Of a DNA stretch of 64,000 nucleotides, positions 42,823 through 51,027 are shown piece after piece. The notes beneath the pieces were generated by a model that saw only the letters and a program-made list of their open reading frames with translations, was not told where the DNA came from and ran no database searches. The stretch spans positions 1,472,001-1,536,000 of the forward strand of contig CAVXRD010000001.1 of the NCBI GenBank assembly GCA_963764165.1, written 5' to 3'. The translations under genes were made by a program, and so were the position numbers. Numbering within the stretch: position 1 is the stretch's first letter; each line of letters begins with the position of its first letter. Source of the stretch: an uncultured Verrucomicrobiae bacterium (GTDB lineage: Bacteria; Verrucomicrobiota; Verrucomicrobiia; Limisphaerales; Palsa-1400).

Positions 42823-43324
42823 TTGTGAACGGACTGTGAGCGTCTCACGATCCAAGTATCTTCCGTCCATGAACAGAGGAATATCAATCCCAAAAGAGCC
42901 AAAGACAATCGGCGAATTTCTAAGAAAACGGCGATTGGAACTCGGCATATTTCAGTCGGAAGCGGCTCTCAAGCTGGGAGTTAGCACGGTCACCCTGAGC
43001 CGGTGGGAGTGCGGCAAGGTATATCCAACATGGCCTCAACAACCCTCCGTCACAGCCTATCTCGGCCACAATCCATTCACCGATCCGGCCCTCGGAAAGC
43101 CCAAAGGCAACGAATCCCAGCGCGTTGCCTTTTTAGGATCCGGCGAGTCTCAAAACCTTGGTCAACAGATCGTCAGCCATTGCCTTAAAATGAGGAAAAC
43201 GATCCGAAAGTTCGCTGAGGAGGCAGGGATAAGCTCCAAAACAATTTGGAATTGGAAGACGGGCCGAAGGCAGCCAAGCCGCGCCGCTCACAAGCGAATC
43301 GCTGAACTGTTGGCAGCGCAATAA
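42812..43324 (+). CDS. Tandem XRE helix-turn-helix protein
   Basis: IGEFLRKRRLELGIFQSEAA.KLGVS..TLSRWE and a second HTH (AEEAGISSKTIWNWKTGRRQP). Confidence 0.8.
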   Translation: MLPFCERTVSVSRSKYLPSMNRGISIPKEPKTIGEFLRKRRLELGIFQSEAALKLGVSTVTLSRWECGKVYPTWPQQPSVTAYLGHNPFTDPALGKPKGNESQRVAFLGSGESQNLGQQIVSHCLKMRKTIRKFAEEAGISSKTIWNWKTGRRQPSRAAHKRIAELLAAQ

Positions 43325-43605
43325 CTGCTTGGCAAAAGGGATCGATCCCGATCCTCACCTCCACTTCTAACCGCTTGTGCGGAAATGGGTTGGGAGGCCA
43401 GGAAAGTCAATTGCTAACAGTTTGGCTAACAATATTCGGATTGCGCCAAAATTGTGCCACAATTCGGGAGGATTCTCCCGTTATTGCCCGACTGCGGGAA
43501 TCTTCGCCTCGGTAGTCCACGGGCGAACGTGGCGCAGATGTGGCCAGCAAGGTGATTCGCGTGACTGATGATGCTTGCGGCAAATGGTATGCCGCGTAAC
43601 GAAAA

Positions 43606-44184
43606 TCATGATTTCCTGATTTCGTGGAAGAGCCAGGTCCTGGAAAAAACCCAGTAGTTTTTTGCGGACGTGAGAGAAATCCCCAATAGTTCCGAAACTT
43701 CCTTGATCGTTAGCCCGGCAAAATAGCGAAGCTTGACCAGTTCGGCTTGAAGCGGGTGTTTCACAGCGAACTTATTCAGCGCCTCGTGCAGCGCCAGCAG
43801 TTGGTCGTCGGCTTCCGACGCGGCAATGTTGCACTCCTCAACGGGGATCCGTTCGCCGCTGGCACCGTGGCGAGCCGTCAGTTTCCGGCGGGCCCTGTCA
43901 ATTAAAATTCGCCGCATAGCCTCGGCGGCTGCGGAAAAGAAATGGGCGCGGTTTTCAAACCTCGGATTCTCCGACCCGACCAATCGCAGCCATGCCTCGT
44001 GCACCAGGGCCGTGGGCTGCAGCGTTTGTCCGGGCGCTTCGCGAGCCATTTTGCTAGCGGCCAGCCGTCGCAATTCCTGATAAACCAATTCAAGCAGTTT
44101 CTCGGCGGAACGAGGCTCGCCCTCTCCGATGGCTCTGAGAAGGGCGGTGGCATCAGTTGCATGCGCCGGCGAAGGTCGTTGCAT
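43606..44184 (-). CDS. ECF sigma factor, TIGR02999 (STK-associated) type
   Basis: ELRRLAA...TLQPTALVHEAWLRL, AMRRILIDRARR, LRYFAGL. Confidence 0.92.
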   Translation of the reverse strand: MQRPSPAHATDATALLRAIGEGEPRSAEKLLELVYQELRRLAASKMAREAPGQTLQPTALVHEAWLRLVGSENPRFENRAHFFSAAAEAMRRILIDRARRKLTARHGASGERIPVEECNIAASEADDQLLALHEALNKFAVKHPLQAELVKLRYFAGLTIKEVSELLGISLTSAKNYWVFSRTWLFHEIRKS

Positions 44185-44297
44185 GGTAGAAATTACTTCA
44201 CCACAACATGGCGTCGCGTGTGCGCGTATTTGTGTACACCTCGGCTTAGGGTGTTTTTACAAAATGCTTAATATAAGCAATTTACAACTTTATCGCC

Positions 44298-44325
44298 AAG
44301 GGTTCGAATCCCTTCGCTCGCTCCA
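44298..44325 (+). other. tRNA-Gly-like 3' fragment (att site), not an intact tRNA
   Basis: AAGGG-TTCGAAT-CCCTT T-arm plus CGCTCGC-T-CCA; no D-arm or anticodon arm upstream. Confidence 0.8.
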
Positions 44326-44519
44326 ATTTCTACCACAATCACTTACGTAAGAAGCATCTTCGCGGCATAACCTTTTCGCATAACAAATTCAAAGCTGTTC
44401 ACGACTATTTACCGCTGATTATCGCTGTCATTTTTGACGAATAATTCGTTTTTTCCGCGATTTGGTTTTCCGCTGATGGCCTCCCAATAAATATTTTTTC
44501 TCCACAAACTGAGATTCAT

Positions 44520-44810
44520 TCACGCTTTCCACCGTTCCGCTCCTCGCTGGATCGCTGTTACCTCCACAGCCTCGGCCAATCGCTGGAACGCAAGATTCTG
44601 CCGATTACGAGGCTCAGTCCTCTTTCCCGTAAAGCCGTTCAACTCATGATCAAACCGCCGCTCATGTCGCTGTCGAACTCGCTCCCAATAAAAAACAATC
44701 GCATCCTTCCGTTGAAATAAAAACCCACGCTCCGGCAGGCGGTCACTCTTTTTTCCGTTCACTTGAAGATCACACGGAAGCAGGTTCCATAGATCGTTGC
44801 AGTGTGATAG
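44520..44810 (-). pseudogene. C-terminal remnant of an HNH-endonuclease-domain protein
   Basis: HCNDLWNLLPCDLQVNGKKSDRLP is the second half of an HNH motif; 5' part missing. Confidence 0.65.
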
Positions 44811-44858
44811 ATAAAAGAAGCCCGCACAGAGGCGAACTTATTTCCCAAGCCGCGGATA

Positions 44859-47800
44859 CTAGTCTTCAGTTTTAAATGACACATCCGCACCCTGGCTCAG
44901 GCCGAGGCCGTTTACCGCGTTTATCCGATAGTGGTAAGTCGTGTTGCGGCTTAGACCCGAGAGGCTGAAGATAAGTCTCTGGGCCGAGGTTCCAATCCCG
45001 GTATGGGTGGTGGACGTGCCATAACTCGTCGTGGTTCCGAATTCAAAATAGACCGACGCGGGTGCTCCGTTGGGGTTGACATAGCCCGCCAGTTGCGCGG
45101 TGGTGCCGAGGACATTCGTTGCAGGAGAAGTCGTAACGCTCGGGAGGGCGGCGGTGGAGAAGTAAAGCGAGCTCGAAGAAACGCTTTCGTTGCCGAGGCT
45201 GTTGAACGCGGTCATGGACCATTGATATTCCTTCCCAAGTTCAAGGTACCCAGCCGGCAGGGCTTGGTTGGAACCGTGGGCGGAATAATTAACAATGAGA
45301 CTGCCCGTGGGATAGGCATAGATGGCGATATTGAAACTAGAAGCCTGACTCTCTCCGGTATAGGTGAAGTTGGGAGTTGTGGTCGCGAAGGCGGAATTGG
45401 AGGGTAAGGACGTGCCGGGTGATAACAGGGTGGGTGGCACGGGCACCCAAACGGTGGTAAAATTGGTATCCGCGCCATAAGTGATCCCGCCGCTGTTCAC
45501 CGCATTGATGCGATAGTGATAGGTGGTTGAAGAACTCAAGCCAGTGAGGGTGGCTTGAAAATCTCCCTGTGACGCGGTGCCGATGCCAGTTTGGGTGGTG
45601 ACCCAGCCATAGCTGGTGTTGGTCCCGTATTCGAAATAGGTGGTGGTTCCGCCCCCGTTGGGATTGACGCTTCCATTCAGAACCGCACCCGTGGTGGTGA
45701 CCGAGCTTGCGGCCAGCGTCTGGACGATGGGTGGCGGTTGCGAGGCTCCAGGGCTGGTTGTAAAAATAACGTCCGCTCCATATGTGATTCCTCCGCCATT
45801 CACGGCATTGATTCGATAATGATAGGTAGTGGAGGGATTCAGGCCGGAGATGGTAGCTTGGAAATCACTTTGTGGCGCTGTGCCGATGCCAGTTTGAGTG
45901 GTAACTTCGCCATAGCTTGTGCTGGTGCCGTATTCGAAATACGTGGTGGCACCTCCGCCATTCGGGTCGACGCTTCCATTTAATACAGCTCCGCTGGATG
46001 TCACGGAACTCGCGGCGAGCGTCTGGACTGTGGGGGGTGATTGCGATCCTCCCCCGGTGGTGGTAAAGGTGGCGTCCGCTCCGAATCCTTCTCCCGACGA
46101 GCTATAAGCAATGGCGCGAAAATGGTAGGTTGTGTTCGGGCTTAGTCCCGTGATGGGAGTGCTGTAGGTTTGAGCATCGTAATAGTCGGAGGTGGTGAAA
46201 AACTGGTTCGTGTAGGTCGAACTTCCATAGCTTGTATCGAGCCCATATTCGAACAAACCAGCAATGGGCAACCCGTTTCCATTGACGCTGCCGTTCAACG
46301 TGACCGAAGTGGCAGCCACGGAACTGGCGGAGAAGGTCAGGACGGTCGGAAGAGCAGGAGGGGGCGCGGCAGTTGTAACAAACTGGTCTCCACCATAGCT
46401 GACGCCGGCGCTGTTGGAGGCAACCAGTTGGAAATGGTAAAGGGTGCCTGGCGAAAGGCTGGCTGCGTAGGTCACGGCGACCGGATTGGTGATGGCCGCA
46501 CCGATCACGGTGGCAAAGGTATTCAGGCCGTAATTGGTGTCTCCGCCATATTGGAACCATGCAGTCGTATCGTTCCCGCTTGCAAAAGCGCTTCCGTTAA
46601 ATGTGGCGCCGTTGCTGGTCACCAGTGTGGCAGGCTCCGTCAGCACGGTGGGCGGTTGCGGATTTGTCGGCGCTGGATCCATGGTTGGGACGACCAATTG
46701 GTAAAAGCGTTGTTTGTTCGTCAGTGAATCCGTTGCGATGAGCGCGGAAATGCCGCCGGAAGCGTAAAAGTTGGTCAGCGTCCGCCAGATCACGGGCCGG
46801 GTATCAAGCGCGTCTGTGTAGAGCACCTGGTACGGTCGATAAGCCTGGGCGGTGAAATTGAGGCGGAATACGTTGCTCAGAACCTGGACTGAATCGATCT
46901 GAGGCGCCGTGGGCAGAATTTCATATTTCTGCTGCAAGTAGCCGTAGACCATTTGAAGTTCATCGCTGGTCAGGGCAGTATTGTAAACAAGAAGTTCCGC
47001 AATGTCTCCACGCCAAAATGTATCCCCGCTGGCACCGGACAATTTCCCCACGGCATAAGGACCCGCCAGGCTGGCCATCAGCATAGCCGGTGTGGCCGCC
47101 TGCGCGATAACCTCCTGGTTTTGGTACAAGGTGGTAATGTTGGCGCCATCACGGTTGGTTCCCACAACGACGGTTAGCACGGAGAAAAGCTGGGGACTGT
47201 GCACAACGGCGTTGCCGTTGACAAATTCCCTGCCGAATTGGGCCGTCACAGGGCCTGCACCGAAGAGTCCAAAGGAAACTGGCTGGCTGGAACCGGTGCT
47301 GGCACTGGAAAAGAGTCCCCGGGAAGTGTCGGTCATGCCCTGATCGTTCATCACCGCAACAATGGTAAACTGGGGTGACGTGATAACCTGAGTGGGGATA
47401 ATGAGGGACTGGTTTCCGCTCGCGCCGAACTGCACTGCAGGGAAGCCATTTGCCACGCCCGGCGCCAGCATGGGTTCGGCACTTGGGTCGGTTTGGCTCG
47501 CATCGTTACCCCAGCCCGATTGGTCGCCCCAGAAAGAAACTAATCCATTGGTGTCGGTCACGAGTTCGGTGTCGGCGGTGAGCCAAAGGACCAAATTGGT
47601 ATTGAAAAGGCCCGGGTCAGGCAATGGCTTGGACAAGCCCGAGCGCAATACTTTGACCATCACCGATGCGCTGGAGCTCCGGCCCATGTAGTCCGTGGCC
47701 ACCAAGGTCAAAGTTTGGGTGATGGGTGCCAGACCGGAGACACTTATCGAGTTGCCCTGTCCGATTTGCTTTTTGCCGGAATACCAGATCAAGCTTCCAT

Positions 47801-50800
47801 CCGGAATCACTTGGTGGCGGTCGTCGACCGCGTTCCCCGCGCAATGGAGAGCTTCCTCGTTGCCGGTGCTCGAGCCATTTTTGGGGCTGGTGATCGACAC
47901 GATGGGCGGATTGCCGCCCTCAGCGAACGGGGTCGAAATAACGGTCGTTTCGTTGAAGCCGTCATTTACCCGCAAACGCAGCAACGTAGTAGCGCACGTG
48001 CTGAAGTGCGAACTGGTAATGGAAACATAATTCGTATCAGGCCCGTAATAGAGTCCATTCCAGGTTTGCCCCATGTCGGTGGAGAAATCCACCGCCGTCA
48101 TCAGCATGTCTTTGTCGGCATCCGTTGCCGTCCAATTTACAGTTGTGACCAACTGGCCGATGGCATTGGGCATATCAGGCACCACATTGTTGATTTGGAC
48201 CACCGGCGCGTTGGGACTGCGCATCAATTTGGTGATCATCGAACCGTTGTGCATCACGGTCAGGCTGCCGAAGCCGTCCATGGTGTTGCTGGGAATCAAG
48301 GCATCCAAAAGATAGGAGAGTTCGCTATTGGTGTCATCTTGAGCCGTGCTCACGGTCATCGGGATGTCGTACAACAAATTTCCTGAACCATCCAGAGCCT
48401 GCAAATGAAAAGGTGAAGAGGAGGGTGGTCCCAAGTAAGGGAATGTTCCGGGCGTCACATCAAAAATGGACGCGCCCAAACGGCTGACCAAGGCATTCAC
48501 GCGGATGCCAGGGGTATTATTTACGGTGGTCTGATCATCCGAGGTTTCGTAAGGAGGGCAAGACACGTTGGCGGGGGGATAGCCATAGACCGTATTTGTG
48601 CCATAGAAGCCGGCTTGCCCCGAGCCCCCAAGCATCCAGTAAATCGTTTCCTCCCAGCCTTTTGGTGATATCCACTCATCAGGATCAGCGTTGATCCCAA
48701 GCAGGGTGCCGATGTCGTTATCGCCGTAAGACATAAAATCATAATAATAGTGGCTTGAGGAACCTCCGGGTATGGCAGGTCCGCTGATTCCATTGAAATA
48801 AACTGGAACCGTCAAGTCGCGGCGGTCGATGCCTACGCCGTCAATGTAACCCATATTATCGGGCGGCCACTGCTCCCAGCAACCGCTGGAGGTGTCCCCG
48901 GCTCCGCCATTCGGACTGGCGTGAGGTCGTGAAAATTGATGGGAAACCTCATGAATGGCCGAGTTTAAAGGCCCCAAATTGTCGCGAAACACCGAAACGC
49001 TATGGGGGTACAGGAAGCCCAATCCTCCAGCGATCTGGGAAGAGTTATAGGTCTTCCCTCGAATTCGTTCGGAAAATCCGGACCCGGGGTCGTATTCTGG
49101 AAAAATGCCCACGACGATGTTGCCCGTTTGAAAGTAATTGAATTTGTTGGCAATGGCGTGAACTCGCATGATGGCAAGGTAGGACCGGTCGTCGCCCGAA
49201 ATGCTTTGCCCCGCAATCGAAGAGGTGTTCCAAATTCCGGTGATGTCGGAATAGACGGTAAAATCATACAGCTTAAGGGGTCCATTACCGGACTGGCTCT
49301 CCCCGAGCGGCAACAAATTAATGCCATCGTCCAGGGTTGTTTGCGGTATATTCATGTCACACTCGGGACAGGTGGCGTTGTTATTGTTGACGGTCAGGCC
49401 AATGGGAATAAATTGAATATTGGGCATGGCCAGAAAGCCAATGTCTGTCATGGTGAGGGTGTCATTCGCGGGGCAGCAATCCATGCTTGGGACGGCCGGG
49501 GCGAGCACCTGCAAGTTCGGCACAAGTTGCGCCTGCAGCGTGATTTTTCCAAACGAGGGAGTAGTCCAGGACGGTGGCAACGTGAATCTGTAGTCATCTG
49601 AACTTGCGCGTTGCGCATCACTAACCACACCGGCCCCAACCCAATGTTGCGGATAAGCGGGATTGGTGCTCGCAGTTGGAAGCGGACTGCCAGGGAGAGG
49701 AGTCACAATGCCAAACGCATCCGCCGCATAACCATAGAGCAGGCAACTGATCTGTGGAACTTTCGTGGCGGAAGACTGAGGTTGGGGAGAACTCATGGCA
49801 GCGAATACGCGGACGACCGTTTTGCCACCCATGGCGAGGTCCACACCCGAGTAGGGGATGGACGACGCGGGGTTGCCGGTATTCGGATCAGTTGGCCGCA
49901 CCGGAAGGGCTGTGTATTGAATGCCTTGAGTCACTTCCATGTTGACGATGGCCGCATCGTAGGTGTTGGCGACCGTCACGTTAAAATTCACGGAGTGGGG
50001 ACCGTATCCTCCGGCTCCCGATGTCGGCGTCGCGGTGAAGGTTACGTTCTTGTTCAATACTGGAACGGCCGAGCTGTCTGCGGTCAAAATCACAACGATT
50101 AAATCATTGTCAGTTCCCTGAGAGGTAGTGGGCGAGATGCCCGCCGTGACTCCATCGGGCAGACCGGTGCAGGTGTAAGAAATGTCTCCAGAGGAACCGT
50201 TGATTCTTGTCAACTGAATAGTAACCGACGCAAGGAAAGTTCCATTTGCGCTGGTCCCTTCTGGAACCAATACTGTGCCAACCGTGGGGGAACCTTGGTA
50301 TTGGAGGGAGAAGTCCGGCAACTGAGGGCCGGAGAGCGTGTCAAACTCCAAATCATCAATACGGATGTTCTCGTTATAAAAACCATTGATCACGAAGCTC
50401 GCGATGTCTTTTCCCGATGAAGTCACGGAGAGATTGGTCCATCCTTCCTTCGACGCATTTGCTGCCACGAGAACTTGGTTCGTTCCCACGATGTTGCCTC
50501 CAAGATCGTAGGCGGTCAGGGTAACTTGACCGCCGCCGGGTGATTTGGCCCCCACGGAGACGCTTATGTAAGTGTGATGTGGATCAACGAAAGTCGCTTG
50601 CAAATAACTGCTGGGCTGCTCACCGCCATGCGTCGAAATATCTAGGATGTTCGGAGAGGAAGGAGCGGTGGCGTCCGCGATTACAAAACCAGCCGAGGAC
50701 TGAAACGGGGCAAAATTTACACCCATGCTGGAATACTGGTCGCTGACGTAGGTTCCGGTCGGAAGGTCATCGAACCCAACGACGGTGTCCGCCCGGGCGG

Positions 50801-50855
50801 TCAAGCAGGCCGACACGGAGCAAACCGCGATTGCCAGAATGATTTTCAAGTTCAT
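44859..50855 (-). CDS. 1998-aa secreted metzincin-like peptidase with LamG-like domain and FN3-like repeats
   Basis: Signal peptide; HEVSHQFSRPH plus YDFMSY Met-turn; LVLWLTAD...G.IAE.LVYN.AL; five P.V.T..A..V....A.LNG repeats. Confidence 0.85.
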   Translation of the reverse strand: MNLKIILAIAVCSVSACLTARADTVVGFDDLPTGTYVSDQYSSMGVNFAPFQSSAGFVIADATAPSSPNILDISTHGGEQPSSYLQATFVDPHHTYISVSVGAKSPGGGQVTLTAYDLGGNIVGTNQVLVAANASKEGWTNLSVTSSGKDIASFVINGFYNENIRIDDLEFDTLSGPQLPDFSLQYQGSPTVGTVLVPEGTSANGTFLASVTIQLTRINGSSGDISYTCTGLPDGVTAGISPTTSQGTDNDLIVVILTADSSAVPVLNKNVTFTATPTSGAGGYGPHSVNFNVTVANTYDAAIVNMEVTQGIQYTALPVRPTDPNTGNPASSIPYSGVDLAMGGKTVVRVFAAMSSPQPQSSATKVPQISCLLYGYAADAFGIVTPLPGSPLPTASTNPAYPQHWVGAGVVSDAQRASSDDYRFTLPPSWTTPSFGKITLQAQLVPNLQVLAPAVPSMDCCPANDTLTMTDIGFLAMPNIQFIPIGLTVNNNNATCPECDMNIPQTTLDDGINLLPLGESQSGNGPLKLYDFTVYSDITGIWNTSSIAGQSISGDDRSYLAIMRVHAIANKFNYFQTGNIVVGIFPEYDPGSGFSERIRGKTYNSSQIAGGLGFLYPHSVSVFRDNLGPLNSAIHEVSHQFSRPHASPNGGAGDTSSGCWEQWPPDNMGYIDGVGIDRRDLTVPVYFNGISGPAIPGGSSSHYYYDFMSYGDNDIGTLLGINADPDEWISPKGWEETIYWMLGGSGQAGFYGTNTVYGYPPANVSCPPYETSDDQTTVNNTPGIRVNALVSRLGASIFDVTPGTFPYLGPPSSSPFHLQALDGSGNLLYDIPMTVSTAQDDTNSELSYLLDALIPSNTMDGFGSLTVMHNGSMITKLMRSPNAPVVQINNVVPDMPNAIGQLVTTVNWTATDADKDMLMTAVDFSTDMGQTWNGLYYGPDTNYVSITSSHFSTCATTLLRLRVNDGFNETTVISTPFAEGGNPPIVSITSPKNGSSTGNEEALHCAGNAVDDRHQVIPDGSLIWYSGKKQIGQGNSISVSGLAPITQTLTLVATDYMGRSSSASVMVKVLRSGLSKPLPDPGLFNTNLVLWLTADTELVTDTNGLVSFWGDQSGWGNDASQTDPSAEPMLAPGVANGFPAVQFGASGNQSLIIPTQVITSPQFTIVAVMNDQGMTDTSRGLFSSASTGSSQPVSFGLFGAGPVTAQFGREFVNGNAVVHSPQLFSVLTVVVGTNRDGANITTLYQNQEVIAQAATPAMLMASLAGPYAVGKLSGASGDTFWRGDIAELLVYNTALTSDELQMVYGYLQQKYEILPTAPQIDSVQVLSNVFRLNFTAQAYRPYQVLYTDALDTRPVIWRTLTNFYASGGISALIATDSLTNKQRFYQLVVPTMDPAPTNPQPPTVLTEPATLVTSNGATFNGSAFASGNDTTAWFQYGGDTNYGLNTFATVIGAAITNPVAVTYAASLSPGTLYHFQLVASNSAGVSYGGDQFVTTAAPPPALPTVLTFSASSVAATSVTLNGSVNGNGLPIAGLFEYGLDTSYGSSTYTNQFFTTSDYYDAQTYSTPITGLSPNTTYHFRAIAYSSSGEGFGADATFTTTGGGSQSPPTVQTLAASSVTSSGAVLNGSVDPNGGGATTYFEYGTSTSYGEVTTQTGIGTAPQSDFQATISGLNPSTTYHYRINAVNGGGITYGADVIFTTSPGASQPPPIVQTLAASSVTTTGAVLNGSVNPNGGGTTTYFEYGTNTSYGWVTTQTGIGTASQGDFQATLTGLSSSTTYHYRINAVNSGGITYGADTNFTTVWVPVPPTLLSPGTSLPSNSAFATTTPNFTYTGESQASSFNIAIYAYPTGSLIVNYSAHGSNQALPAGYLELGKEYQWSMTAFNSLGNESVSSSSLYFSTAALPSVTTSPATNVLGTTAQLAGYVNPNGAPASVYFEFGTTTSYGTSTTHTGIGTSAQRLIFSLSGLSRNTTYHYRINAVNGLGLSQGADVSFKTED

Positions 50856-50941
50856 AGCGTTTTCTGATTTATGGTGTGCCCCGATGAGTTAAGCAGCCGT
50901 TCCTGATTGTTCGTGGGTGAACTGATGCATTTTTCATTAAT

Positions 50942-50973
50942 CAATGCGGGATTTCGCGGCCAAAGACGCAAAA
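50942..50973 (-). promoter_or_regulatory. Putative ECF-dependent promoter of the large protein
   Basis: TTTTGCG-N19-GCATTG, same motif and spacing as at 54584-54615. Confidence 0.6.
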
Positions 50974-51027
50974 TATTTTGCGCGAGGAAAACGAACCGTC
51001 GAAGGCGCCCTGCGTGGCGCGTCACTA

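Noticed and set aside
42808..42908. N-terminal extension of the 191-aa comM ORF as a real gene start
   Set aside because: It is the antisense of the XRE gene and att arm, with no ComM similarity
44250..44325. Intact tRNA gene
   Set aside because: No 5' acceptor strand (GCGAGCG), D-arm or anticodon arm upstream
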